Assembly (NCBI RefSeq): GCF_006345805.1
Contig: NC_043006.1
Location: 33,976,001-34,040,000, forward strand
Origin: Octopus sinensis
Taxonomy: Eukaryota
DNA length: 64,000 nucleotides
Direction: 5' to 3'
This document shows positions 23,290-36,210 of the stretch, in pieces. The notes below the pieces were generated by a model. It made no database searches, had not been told where the DNA came from, and saw only the letters and a program-made list of their open reading frames with translations. Every line of letters begins with the position of its first letter. Positions within the stretch are counted from its first letter, which is position 1. The translations under genes were made by a program, and so were the position numbers.

Positions 23290-23487
23290 TTAGCACGCCG
23301 TGCAAAATGCTTAGCGGCATTTCGTCCGTCTTTACGTTCTTGAGTTCAAAATGCCGCCGAGGTCGACTTTGCGTTTCATCCTTTTGGAGTCGTTAAAATA
23401 AGTATCAGTCAAGTACTGGTGTCGATGTAATCGACCTAATCTCCTCCATCCAAAATTTCAGGCCTTGTGCCTACAGTAGAAAGGATA
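23290..23487 (+). mobile_element. Family-2 SINE with tail type 2
   Basis: Same head and core as 20065-20286; tail AAATTTCAGGCCTTGTGCCTACAGTAGAAAGGAT. Confidence 0.85.
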
Positions 23488-24194
23488 TTAAAGAAAGATT
23501 TGGCTAAACCATCCGTTGTACAGATATTTGAGAGAAGAGGTCGCAGTTGCTACAGCTGCCATCTACCATATACTATCTCGCGAACTGTGTAGGGCGGAGT
23601 GTTTCCAACCCTGTACTTACCACGATTTCTATCCGAAGCTGCAACTATTTTGATGTTGACAGACGAGATTTGGCGATTGTCTGGACTATGCAAAGAACTC
23701 GACACTTTTTATTAAGGGGAACTGACCATATGCCATGAGAGTTCATATTTAATCCCAGAAGGGAGTTGCCTAAAAATAATATCTGATAGCATGTCATTGT
23801 GAGCAATCCATGACCACATCTAAAGAAGGGATACCCGACTGATTGGCATAATGTCATTCACAGGCATACTTCAGCCTGTGGCCCACAAGCATGTTGTGTC
23901 TCCACTTTCTGCCTTCCCCACGGCTTCTATAATAGTTTCTGCTATCTGGAACTAGCTGAGCCCATGTTCCCTCCACTTGAGCACGCCTATCTCACTCTTT
24001 TCTCCCCCTTCCATTATACTTGTTGTAGCCAGCGTACTAGATTCAGCCCTTCTTTCTCTAGAATGTCATCCCACTGGAATTCTCTCATCGCTCATGTCTT
24101 TCCCCGTATATGTTCAAGAAGAACATTAATGGCGTTAGTCTCATCAGTCAAAGAACGCCTGCAAACACCATGGCTACTCTCCTTCCCTTTATTT

Positions 24195-24550
24195 TATACT
24201 GTTTTCAATCATTAGACTGCGGCCAAACTGGAGCACTGCCTTTAAAGATTAGACTAACAAGTAAACACAAGTACTTTCGTTTTTTTTCCTTAAGTCTGGT
24301 ACTTATTTTATCTGTCTTTTTTTTTTGCCGAACCGCTAAATTACGGGGATGTAAACAAACCATTACCGATTCTCAAACATACGCACACACACACACGACG
24401 AGATTCCGCACAGTTTCTGTGTACGAAATTCACTGACGAGGCATTGGTCGGCCTGGAGTTATTGCAGACAACACTTGACCAAAGTGCCGTGCAGTAGATA
24501 GCTTAACCCGAAACCATGTAGTTGTGAAGCGAGTTTCTTAACTATGCAGC
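24195..24550 (-). mobile_element. Family-1 (CORE-like) tRNA SINE with internal microsatellite
   Basis: Reverse-complement match to 30792-31160; related copies at 25450-25680 and 28975-29290. Confidence 0.8.
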
Positions 24551-24924
24551 TATACAGGGGACGTAAGCAAACCAACACCGGTTGTCAAGCAGTGGTTGGG
24601 TACAAACATAACACACACTCACAGAAAGGGAGAGAGAGAGAGAGAAATGTGGCATTTTTTTCCCCGTTTGGCTGCCAATTTTCAATCTCTTCAATTTCTG
24701 TTCGAATTGATTTCGGTTATTTTTTATAGTTGACAACTCGTACTTTCACGCACAAAATGACATTTTCAAAAATCCTGTTTTCTGACTAGGTGAAAATTAT
24801 CATCAAATTTTAAACCTCTATAACTTTTTCTAAAAAAATTCCTGAAAAATGTTAAATATCTCAGGAGATTCAACTGAATTACATTAATGTACCGAATTTT
24901 AAAATCTTCAATAAACTTTGAATT

Positions 24925-25083
24925 TATTTACATTATTTTACATTTGACGGATATTTGTCCTCATCTTGTTTGTTGTTAACACAACATTTCCGCTGATAAC
25001 CCGCCCACCTTCATCAGGTGTCTTGGGGAAATTTCGAACCTGGGTTCTCATTACTAAGGTATTTTTCGATGTTATTATTATTG
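24925..25083 (-). mobile_element. Hammerhead-bearing repeat (family A), decayed copy
   Basis: Minus strand GACAC-CTGATGA-A-GGTGG..CAGCG-GAAAT-GTT-GTGTT; close match to 39558-39699. Confidence 0.75.
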
Positions 25084-26127
25084 AATTTTCGAAAATTGGT
25101 AACCAAACTGAAAAGATCCAAAATGTGAGTATTTGTGAGTAACGTATGAAGTGGATACGTAAGCAGGGCAAGTTTCACAATTTCTCCGTAGATTAAAAAA
25201 ATCGATAAACATCCGTTATCGATTTTCAGTCAATATTGGGTTCTCATGAGAGGTGTTTACATCACTTGACCAATCTCAAAGAATCAAGCAACCAAACTAT
25301 TCAGATACACGACGAATCCAGTAGCTTCAAGGAACTGGAGTGATTACACGCAGGCGCGGTCCCAGGAATTTTTCGAAGGAGAAGTCAGAAGGGAATACAA
25401 TTGCAGGAGAAAAGGGCGCTTTTTTTTTTTTTCTTGAAGTGGGTACGTGCCCATCATCACTCCACTTGGGTTCGCTCCTGATACAGCGGAGCTTCTTTCA
25501 ATTTCTGTCTATCAAATCCCCTTACAAGGCTTCGTGCGGCCCAGGGCTATAGTAGGAGATACTTCACCCGGGTGTCACGCAGTACGACTGACGCAGACAT
25601 GCGTGGGACGTAAACAAACTAACACTTGTTGAAACCATATCGGAAGGCGAACTTCATGCCAAACAACCACGCCTGCACCCGTGGCACATATTTGTGCCAA
25701 CGTATTTGTAGTAATTATGTTTGTCTATGTGGTATACATGTGTATGTGTGTGTGTATGTGAGTAAATATTTGCATGGATGCACAACTAAACAGCTGAATA
25801 ATATTTTAGATAATCAATCACTTTAGATGATGTTTTCACTAAACACCGCTACCATCACCACTACAACCAACACCACCATCACCATCACAATACCAACAAG
25901 CCTGGTCATTCGATCTGCTAGAAAGAACAGCCAAATCTCCTTCAGATCATATCCCCCGCTATTTCATGTAAAAAAAAATTAGACAAAATGAAAGGAAAAG
26001 AAAACAAAGAAAGAAGATATTAGATGATGTAGTCTTAGATAGACTATACCTGAATAAAAGACTCATTGGTTATGTTTAAACTATTTTTGATCCTTGGTTT
26101 GTTGGATCAGAGCTAAGCAAGACTGAA

Positions 26128-26375
26128 TCACACACACACACACACACGCGCGCTCTAACACACACACACGCGCGCGCTCTAACACACACACACGCGCGCT
26201 CTAACACACACACGCGCGCGCTCTAACACACACACACACGCACGCTCTACCACACACACGCTCTACCACACACACGCTCTAACACACACACGCACACGCT
26301 CTACCACACACACACACACACACACACACGCTCTAACACTCGCACACTATCACACTCACACGTACACACGCACAC
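26128..26375. repeat. Minisatellite of about 20-26 bp, (CACACACACGCGCGCTCTAA)n
   Basis: About 10 degenerate units; mostly alternating purine-pyrimidine. Confidence 0.9.
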
Positions 26376-26629
26376 GGCCTTCGTATTTCCCAAACGCCCT
26401 TCACAAGACGTTTTGTGAGAGAATCATTTTTTGCATGGGCGATATCGACGCAGAATTGTGGGCGTTGTGCCGGTGGAATCGATAACCAAACGAAATTCGC
26501 TGAAGTAACCAGCCTTGGAATCACCACCAACAAACGTCACCGCCATCAGGAAACTACCAAGAACACCTGTTCGCAACAACACCCGAAAATCATCAATCAT
26601 GTTTGTTACGACTACACCGAGCTAATGAT

Positions 26630-26880
26630 GGAGTCTCTACGCGTGGCCTTGCCGCATGTTAGAAATAGCAGCCAAATCGCTTTAAATCATATCCTACCTT
26701 TGTCTAAAGACGATAAGGTTGATGTAGGACTTAAACGATAACGACCTACACCTGAACACACGCCGGATAAGGTGACCTTGTTTCCTTGTTCATAGGAAAA
26801 AAGACAGGATAGCCACGGCTGGAATACATATGATCGTTGATCTGTTTGACCAGGGTCGACCTGGGGTTAAATAATAACAA
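26630..26880 (+). mobile_element. Family-D interspersed repeat with (AAC)n-type tail
   Basis: Motif TAGAAATAGCAGCCAAATC...GACCTGGGGTTAAA; related copies at 25880-26115, 36330-36480, 63410-63610 (+) and 5830-6040 (-). Confidence 0.65.
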
Positions 26881-27531
26881 TGATCACTACTGCATCGTTG
26901 ACTTCAGCAAACAGCATTGTTAACATCATTATTACAACCACCACCACCACCACCGCAACAACAACATTAACTAACATCACTGCCAACGTTGCTGGCTCTG
27001 ATTGAGCAGACTTATGATCAAAAACGTTCCATCCACGACAGTCCCGCAGGATTACGTTATAGAACGTGTTCCGTCTTTTTCAAAATGGTAAGGTGTGATT
27101 TGAAGGAATTTGGCTGCTATTTCTTGCAAGTCGAAATTTCCTTCTTCGGCTCGTAAAAATGAAAACTACCTCCACCACCACCACCACCTACTACTATTAC
27201 TACTAATACTACTACCACTGCTACTGTTACTACTAGTGTCGCTGCTGCTACTACTACGACCTTAACAGCAACAACGAGAGCACCACCAATAAGCATCACC
27301 ACTACATCAACAAAAATACCATTGATCCCTCAACTACCTCTACTACAAAAATAAAATTCATAGCCACCATCAAATCTCAACCATCCATCGTATGATCATC
27401 GCCACCCCCACCACCATCTCGTTGAGATCATCATTAAATGTTACGGTCAGATCAACAACACGAGCAAATCACCCCCACCCCCCTCCACCACTAACACCAT
27501 CGCCACCAAATTGTAAACACGATCAGTCCAA

Positions 27532-27902
27532 CGCCAACACCATCATCATCATCAGGTAACCATTACCGTCTTACAACCTTAAGCGCTGCCACTACCAAAA
27601 GCGCCGCTGCCGCCACTACCAATAACAAATCAGACGATCACCACCGACACCATGATCAGGTCACCACCACCCCACCCCCACCTCCATCACCAGCCATCGA
27701 CACAACCGCCGCCACCACGTCCACCGCCAACACCATCATCATCATTACCGTCTTACAACCTTAAGCGCTGCCACCACCAAAAGCGCCGCTGCCGCCACTA
27801 CCAATAACAAATCAGACGATCACCACCGACACCATGATCAGGTCACCACCACCACCCCCACCTCCATCACCAGCCATCGACACAACCGCCGCCATCACGT
27901 CC
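27532..27902 (+). repeat. Tandem duplication, units 27532-27724 (193 bp) and 27725-27902 (about 178 bp)
   Basis: Near-identical units beginning CGCCAACACCATCATCATC. Confidence 0.9.
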
Positions 27903-28700
27903 GTCCGCCGGCGCCGCCGCCGTCCTCACTGCAATCACAAGTTGAATATTTTCTCGGTTCTATTTTTAGCTGTGATTTTGGGCGAAGTCATTCTACTTAT
28001 AGGTCTGTCTTTCTATATATAGAACAGAGCGTAAAAAGCTGATTTGGGGAAGGTGAGTGTCATGATAATGGTGGTGGTGTTCACAGTGGTGGTGATGGTG
28101 ACGTTGGCAGTGAAATAATTAAGATTATGGTGGTGGTGGTGGTGAGGGAGGTAGTTGTGGACATGATGATAGTGATGGTAGTAGTAGTTGTGGTGGTTAT
28201 TGTGAAATTGTTACGGTGGTGGTGGTTGCAGTTATGACAGTGATAATTGTAGTGTTGGTCATAGTACGGTGACGGTGGATTGGAGTGGAGCGTGTAGCAG
28301 CGATGGTATTTGAGATTGTCGTAGTGGTGGCGGGGGTGGTTGGAGCGGTGTTCGAATTCAAGCTGCAGCACCTGACTAGCATTTTGTTTTTTTTTTTGTG
28401 TGTGTGTGTGTGTTAAGAAGAGAGAGAGACTAGACTTACTTAAGCTTAGCTAAACAGATCGATATATGGTGTGTGTGTGTGTGTGTGTGTGTATGATTAT
28501 GTTTGACGTGCATTCAGTGGCGGGGGTAGATTCGGGGTGGGGGTGGTTAAAAAGAAAACGCGGCTGGTCGGCTGGTTAGATGGCTGGCGAAAGTAGCTCG
28601 CTGGCTGGTTTTCCGGCTGGTCGTTCAGCTGACTTGGTCGACTTCAAAGAGAACTGATTACAGGTGGCGATGTTGATACCTTCGTTATCATCGTCGTCAT
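27900..28700 (+). promoter_or_regulatory. Putative CpG-rich promoter / first-exon region
   Basis: CpG-rich; C-rich to G-rich skew flip; consensus donor AAG|GTGAGT at 28052/28053; CpG depletion starts downstream. Confidence 0.35.
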
Positions 28701-29298
28701 CGTCACCTCCAACTTATCCTACATTACACTGACCTTGACAATATCGATCTATTCGTTTATTTGTTTCTTTATTTACACGAAATACTTGGCCGCGAAATTA
28801 TAGAGTTGTTGTTGTTGTGGTGGTGGTGGTGGTAGTAGGGGGAACCTGGGAATACAAATTATGTGACATCCATCCATGCCCATCTATAGAGAGAAATAAT
28901 TAGTTCAAGGAAGGGTCGTAATGGAATTGGGTTGGAATAAAAAAAATTGGGTCATTCTCTCTGCTATACATAAAAATGTGTTTCAGTCGTTGAACTGCGG
29001 CCATGCTGGAGCACTGCATTGAATTTATTCCACCAGCTTTTTTATGTCAAACTCCTAAGTTAAGGGGATGTAAACAAACCAACACCAGTTGTCCAGCAAC
29101 GGTGAGGAACAAAAACAGACGTGTATGTGTGTGTGTGTGAAAGATGGTCTTTCAGTTTCCGTCTACCAAATCCTCTCAGAAGGATTTGGTTGGCCTAAGG
29201 CTATAGTAGAAGACACTTGCACAAGGTGCCACACAGTGGGACTGAACTCAGAACCATGTGGTTGGAAGCAAACTTCTCACCACCCAGTCACTCCTGCT

Positions 29299-29348
<50 letters not shown>

Positions 29349-29546
29349 TAATCCAAACATGAAAACACAAAGAGAAAACACAGCAACGGGAGGACATGGA
29401 ACAAATATAGTATTATTGGACGCTCAGGAAGGAAGGGAAGAAGGAGGGTTTAACGTTTCAAGCGGAGCTCTTCGTCGGAAACATAGGAGAAGGGAAGACA
29501 GAGGAAAAAAAAATCACCAACGGTACACATGCGGTCACATTTATAC

Positions 29547-29579
<33 letters not shown>

Positions 29580-29809
29580 TACATACACACATATATATAT
29601 ATATATATATCTTCATTTTATCACAGGTACTGATGTGACAGTGATAAATATATTCCTCTATTCCACCCTCTTCTTGTGGTCAGAAGCATCCATTTAAATT
29701 AATAATATCAGGCTTGGTTGTGTGGTAAGAAGTTCGCTTTCTGCCCATATGGCTTTGGGTTCAGTCTCACTATGTGGCACCTTTGGCAAGTATCTTCTAT
29801 ACCTCTAGG

Positions 29810-29975
29810 CAGGGCTGACTCAAGGTGCCAGCAACTCAGACAGCCACCTGGGATACCATGTGCTAGGAGGTGCAAAGGAGGGCATGACAAAGACAAGGAA
29901 ATTTCCATGACTGTCACCTTGTACATGCCGAAGTTAAGCTTGCCCAGGGCACCAGCAACCCTAGGGCCAGCCCTG
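29810..29975. mobile_element. 166-bp hAT-like MITE inserted in a family-1 SINE (29708-30040)
   Basis: TIRs CAGGGCTGAC and GGCCAGCCCTG; imperfect 8-bp TSD CCTCTAGG/CCCCCAGG. Confidence 0.8.
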
Positions 29976-30611
29976 CCCCCAGGCTGACCAAAGCATTAGA
30001 AATGGATTTGGTAAAAAGAAACTGAAAGAAACCTGTCGTGTGTGTAGTCCTATTTCTTTACCTTAACATTGTGTGATTATTATACATGAGTGCTACTATT
30101 ATGCAGGTGGTGGCCTTCATTATCAATCTTTCCTGAAAACCTGTCTGGTTAAGGGGGAAATATTACCTTACTTGAAAACAGGTTAGGGTTGGTGACAGGA
30201 AGGGTATCCAGCTGCAGAAAATCCACATCAATAAATTCCATCTGACCCATTCCAACATGGAAAAGTAGACATTAAGCACAGGCGTGGCTGTATGGTAAGC
30301 AGCTTCCTTCCCAATCACATGGTTATGGGTTCAGTCCCACTGTGTGACACCTTGGGCAAGTGTCTTCAACTATAGCCTCAGCCAGCCAAAGCCTTGTGAG
30401 TGGATTTTGTAGACAGAAACTGAAAGAAGTCTGTTGTGTGTGTGTGTTAGTGTATGTATGTATGTATGTATGTATGTATTTATATATATTATTATGGTTA
30501 TTTCTACAGATATTCCATAGAGGTTATAGCCAGCGCTGAATTTTGCTACAACATTTCAAGATGTCAGAAGTAAACAATCATTATAAAAAGTATATATATA
30601 GTTGGAATTTA

Positions 30612-30780
30612 CAAAAGAGAAACAAAACAAAAGATAAAGATGGGTGTGTAAACGACAAAAAGGTGTATTAGTTTAATGCTTGGGAAGTGAGAAAGTCTTT
30701 TATGTTTTGAGCATACGCTCTTCAACAGAAAGGAACACAGAAATAAGCATAGAGAGAAAATAAAAATAAAATAATGGCTG
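30612..30780 (-). mobile_element. Hammerhead-like repeat family B, CpG-decayed copy
   Basis: Minus strand CTTT-CTGTTGA-A-GAGC-GTAT-GCTC-AAAAC-ATA-AAAG; homologous to 37880-38050. Confidence 0.6.
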
Positions 30781-30791
30781 TGTGGTGAGTA

Positions 30792-31160
30792 GGTACAGGA
30801 GTGGCTGTGTAGTAAGTAGCTTGCTAACCAACTACATGGTTCCAGGTTCAGTCCTACTGCATAGCACCTTGGGCGAGTGTCTTCTACTATAGCCTCGGGT
30901 TGACCAAAGCCTTGTGAGTGGATTTGGTAGATGGAAACTGAAAGAAGCCTGTCATATATATGTGTGTGTGTTTGTCCCCCCACCATTGCTTGACAACCGA
31001 TGCTGGTGTGTTTATGTCCCCATAACTTAGTGGTTCGGCAAAAGAGACCGATAGAATAAGTACTAGGTTTACAAAGAATAAGTTCTGGGGTTGATCTGTT
31101 TGACTAAAGGCAGTGCTCCAGCACCGCTGCAGTCAAATGACTGAAACAAATAAAAGAATA
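30792..31160 (+). mobile_element. Near full-length family-1 (CORE-like) tRNA SINE
   Basis: A-box TGGCTGTGTAG, B-box GGTTCAGTCC, core GCACCTTGGGCGAGTGTCTTCTACTATAGC, internal (TA)/(TG) tract, tail ending GACTGAAACAAATAAAAGAATA. Other copies: 30277-30436, 31607-31765, 32508-32670, 38350-38735 (-), 51188-52075, 61362-61720, 61922-62070. Confidence 0.85.
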
Positions 31161-31764
31161 TATATATATATATGATAAAATAACATAAAGTAAAAATAAC
31201 AACAGAATATTATTTGAAATATGTTCAGCTGCTATTTCTAGCTGGCTGAGCTACCATGTAGAGGCTCTCATGTCTTGTGATACTGTTAGTTATGGTGGAA
31301 GAAATGAGCTGTGAATTATGCATTTTCAAATAGCTTCTGTCTTTGAGTTAATCCACAGCAATACTTTGAGGAAATGCTTGTCAAAATATTGATTTCTTGT
31401 GTGTGTGTGAGGAAACTTTAAACTTGCATTAAGCAAGCTGGTTCTGCTTTGTATATCTTGGAAGTGAAACTGGATCTTGTGGGACATAAGTGCCATCATA
31501 GTCGAACGATTTAGTTGGTAGTTTCTAATGTTTTGGCATTGGAACACAATTTTGGAAAATCAATAATCTTCTGTGATCCTTTCTTTTAATAAGTGAATTA
31601 GATACAGCCACAGGCATGGCTGTGTGGTTAAGAAGCTTGCTGTGTGACTACAGGATTTCAGGTTTGATCTAACTGCATGGACCTTGGGTAAATATCTTTC
31701 ACTATAGCCCTGTGTTGGCCAAACCTTGTGAGTGGATTTAGCAGACAAAAACCTAAAGGACCCC

Positions 31765-32170
31765 AGTGCATGCATGCATGCATGTGTGTATGTCTGTGTG
31801 TGTGTGTGTGCATATGTGTGTGTGTGTGTGTACATGCCTGCATGTGTCTGTGTGTGCGTGTGCTTGTGTGCATGCACATGTCTGTGTGTGCACATGTCTG
31901 TGTGTGCACATGTCTGTGTGTGCACATGCCTGTGTGTGCATGTGACTGTTTGTGTGTGCATGCATGTGCGTGTGTGTACATACATGGTGCATGTGCGTAT
32001 GTTTGCATGCATTGTCTGTGCATGTGCATATACCTGTCTGTGTGTGCTTGTGCCTGTGTGCGTGCATGCATGTGCCTGTGTTTGTGTGCATATATATGTG
32101 CGTGTGCGCCTGTGTTTGTATATATATATATATATGTGTGTGTGTGTATATGTGTGCGTGTATATATGTG
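31765..32170. repeat. Degenerate (TG)n/(TGCA)n microsatellite
   Basis: Direct inspection. Confidence 0.9.
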
Positions 32171-32939
32171 TTTCCGTATACTCTCATTTAGACATCACGT
32201 TATGGTCGTAACCAAGCATTATCATCATACGAGGGAAGTTGGTCATGGGTAACCCTTACTGTAGTTGTAAACAGATGAAAGTTAGCAACAGGAAGGGCAT
32301 CCAGCCATAGAAAATCTGCCTCAACCAAATTCTTTCTGGACCATGCCAGCATGGAAAAGAGGATGTTAAATGAGGATGAGACATTTAACATGAGACAGTT
32401 TTTGTCAGGGAAATATTATTCGATTTTTTTGTTTTGTTTTAAATGTGGTGTTGTGGCTTTTATGCCTATACTTTATTGCAGAACGTTTTCAAGAATGCTT
32501 TATATAAGCACAGGTGTGGCTGCTGTGGTAAGAAGCTTGCTTGCCAACCACATGATTTGGTGTTCAGTCCCACTGCATGGCACCTTGAGCAAGTGTCTTC
32601 TACTATGGCCGAGGACCAACCAAAGCCCTGTGAATGGATTTGGTAGAGAGAAACTGAAAGAAATCCATCTGTGTGTGTATATATACACCTCTACTCTTTT
32701 ATTTGTTTCACTTAGTTGACTGCAGCCATGCTGTACACCGCTTTTAGTCAACCCCAGAACTTATTCATTGTAAGCCTAGTACTTATTCTATCTGTCTCTT
32801 TTGCTGAACTGCTAAGTTATGGGGGTACATAGACACACCAACATGGGTTGTCAAGCGATGATGGTGGGGTGGCAAACACAGACACAGAAAGATGTACACA
32901 TATGTATATACGACAAGTTTCTTTCAGTTTCCATTTCAG

Positions 32940-33050
32940 GCCCAAAGTTTGAAGGATGTGCTTCACCACCTCACTCCATGTCCTCCTGGGTGTACCTCTT
33001 CCACAAGTTCCCTCCACTGTTAGGGTGTGACACTTCTTCACACAGCTGCC
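32940..33050 (-). mobile_element. RTE LINE C-terminal fragment
   Basis: CVKKCHTLTVEGTCGRGTPRRTWSEVVK; same family as 46960-47150. Confidence 0.7.
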
Positions 33051-34379
33051 CAGCTACAGGAAACTTGAATTGCTAATTTACATACTGTAAATGTTGGGGG
33101 ATTTCTCAATGGGAATCTTCGTTCACACAGTATCAAGGTATGATATGATTTATACAATATATATAGCACCTTTATAAACAGGGCTAACTAGGTTGCGAGT
33201 CCCTGTCCTACAAGCAAATATCTTGCATACTGGGGTAGCCTTTGTTTTGTGTATTTTGAATAAGTAATGAACAACCTTAATCAATTTTCAAATCTTACTG
33301 GATTCTTATCAGAGATGCCTACATATGTTTGACCAAACTAGGGGAAAACAGTCAGTCGATCTGGTTCTGTACTCAACAATAACTGTAACCCTTTCTAAAG
33401 ACAACAGCACAATGGCGGAATGTATTAAATGGTTACATTTCAGTGAATGGAAATTGGGTCACACACCTGCTTCATTAAATGTTTAATTTTTTTTATGCAA
33501 TTAATTGGAGAATAGGAAGTGTCCATGACCTTTGTAAACTCTCAGAAATGATATTGGCTGCTACTGTGTCTGAATATCTGTGAGTCAATGTATGTAGAGA
33601 GAATAGGGGCAGAGTAGGAACCCAGACTCTGGTCTAAATGCATGCGACAGAGAGAACTTGTTAAACTCACCCGAGGACCAGGTGAATGTATGGTTGTTGT
33701 TGAGTCCCAGAACAACTCTGACTGAGTAGATCTATCATCAAAGGTATTCCAATCCCCTCTCTTTTTAAAGTGTATCTAGGACTGGGTTATTCAATAAATC
33801 CCTATATTTCAGAGATAATATGGTGTGATTTGAGGGTAAAACTGAACAGCAATCAATTTCTGGAAACCACTAGGGATGCATACAAAGAGAAACAAGTTTT
33901 ACACATTGAAGAATCAAAATTAGGTTGCATGTCCCCACCCTACAAGCAAATATCTTGCATGCTGGGGGTGGTCCTTTTGGGTCCCAATGCAAGGGACATA
34001 ACTCCAATGAACTAAATATTTTTCTCTCTGCATTTAACTTGGGTGATTTCTCCTAAGAATTTTGTTCCAATTTTTTACAGTGGTCATAAGACCTACAAAC
34101 TGGAAGTGTCATTTCCAAGACTCTTGTGACTAAGAGCCCATGTCATATTATTCCTTTCAGCTATTTCTGGTGAGGGCTGAGACTGGTTCTCGACTTCTAG
34201 TATGAAATCAACTGGAAATTTGGTTATTATAAATAATTTCTATTATCGAAAGGAAAAGTTTTGTTTTGAGATCAATTTTGCCTGTCATCCTTTAGGGGTT
34301 GATAAAATAAGTACCTGTTGTCTAGCCTCCTTCCCCTATAATTTTAGGCTTTGTGCAAGTTGTGGAAAAGAATGATATC

Positions 34380-35089
34380 AAATTTTAGCACAAGGCCAGC
34401 AATTTCAAGGGTCGGGTAAGTCAGTTGCATCATTCCCGGTATTAAACTGGAACCACTTTTATCAACCCTGAAATAATAAAGGGCAAAGTTGACATCTATA
34501 GAATTTGAATTTAGAACATGAAGATAGATGAAATGCCACTAAGCATTTTTGTCCAAAGTGCTAACAATTCTGTCAGCTTACTATCTTCCTTGAAAGGAAT
34601 GATAATAATAATAATCCTTCCTACTGGAGGCACAAAGCCTCAAATTTGTGGGGAGGGGACCAGTTGATTACATAGACCCCAGTGTTTTACTGGTAGTTAA
34701 TTTATCGACTCCGAAAGGATAAAAGGCAAAGTTGACCTTGGTGGAATTTGAACTCAGAACATGAAGACAAACGAAATACCACTAAGCATTTCACCCAGCA
34801 TGCTAATGATTCTGCCAGCTCACTACTTTAATAATAATAATGATAATGATGATGCTTTTGAATTTTGGCACAAGGCCAGCAGTTTTGGGGCAGGGGGCAA
34901 GTCGATTAAATCAACCCCTGTGCTCAACTGGTACTTATTTTATCAATCCCAGAATGATGAAGTGCAAAGTCAACCTTGGCAGAATTCAAACTCGGATCAA
35001 AAAAACAGAAGACATACCATTGAGCATCTTACCCAGTTGGCTAATTATTCAGCCAGCTCATCACCTTAATAATAGCAATGATGATGATA

Positions 35090-35120
<31 letters not shown>

Positions 35121-35338
35121 CCTTTCTGCTATAGGCACAAGGCCTGAAATTTGGGGATGGGGGATGAGTCGATTACATTGACCCCCCAGTACTTAACAGG
35201 TGCTTATTTTTATCAACCCCCCCAAAACGATGAAAGGCAAAGTCAATCTCAGTGGAATTTGAACTCAGAATGTAGTGGCAGAAAAAATACTGCTAAGCAT
35301 TTCGGCTGGCATGCTAACAATTCTGCCAACTCACCGCC

Positions 35339-35414
<76 letters not shown>

Positions 35415-35660
35415 TAATAATATAATAATAATAGTAGTAGTAGTAGTAGCTCTTTATAGTTTTTGTATGAGACCAATTGTTTTAGGGGCTGAGAGCTAGT
35501 CAATACCATCAATTTAAGTATTTGACTTGTTCTTCATTTTATTGACCCCACAAGGATGAAAGAGAAAGTTGACCTCAGCAGTATTTGAACTTGGATCATA
35601 AAAAGCCAGAAGAAGTACCATGAAGCATTTTATCTGACGATCTAATGATTCTGTCCATCC
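34380..35660 (-). mobile_element. Head-to-tail cluster of five family-2 SINEs separated by (AAT)n
   Basis: Copies at about 34380-34590, 34615-34828, 34850-35068, 35120-35339 and 35480-35660; (AAT)n at 35339-35430. Confidence 0.85.
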
Positions 35661-35769
35661 ACCCACCCACCCTATTAACAACAACAACAGCAATAATTAT
35701 TATTAATATTATGTGTGTGTGTCTGTCCATCCACTCTGCTGTCCATTTGCTGCTCACTCAGTCTCTATC

Positions 35770-35971
35770 AGTTTATCTGTTTCTCTCTTTCTTTCTCTCT
35801 CTCTCTCTTTCTTTCTCTCTCTCTTTCCTTCTCTCTCTCTCTTCCACCCCCTCCCTCCCTCTCTCCCTCTCCATATCTCTATAAAATGAAAGCTGATAGA
35901 CAGACTGATAAGTGAAAAACCAATATGTAGGATCACTTGCTAAAATAGATTAATCAGAAGTAATATATAAC

Positions 35972-36010
<39 letters not shown>

Positions 36011-36029
36011 GTATATTTCACCCTCCTCC

Positions 36030-36069
<40 letters not shown>

Positions 36070-36166
36070 ACTTGCCTATTCTCTCTCTCTCTCTCTCTCT
36101 CTCACTTGCCTATCTCTCTCTCTCTCTCTCTCACTTGCCTATTCTCTCTCTCTCTCACTTGCCTAT

Positions 36167-36208
<42 letters not shown>

Positions 36209-36210
36209 AT
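35770..36210. repeat. (CT)n/(CA)n microsatellites with repeated CACTTGCCTATT spacers
   Basis: Direct inspection. Confidence 0.9.

Noticed and set aside
30150-30250. Twister ribozyme upstream of the RTE-type AGGAAGGG motif (also near 32250 and 63270)
   Set aside because: The twister GGUCCCAAGC-type loop and UAA cleavage segment are absent; only a simple hairpin
33185-33985. Two copies of TAGGTTGC..CTACAAGCAAATATCTTGCAT as intronic snoRNAs
   Set aside because: No clear C/D or H/ACA boxes; more likely fragments of a dispersed repeat
34161-34169. 9-nt microexon (TTTCAG|CTATTTCTG|GTGAGG)
   Set aside because: Matches the family-D repeat motif GCTATTTCTAGC; no upstream UGC enhancer
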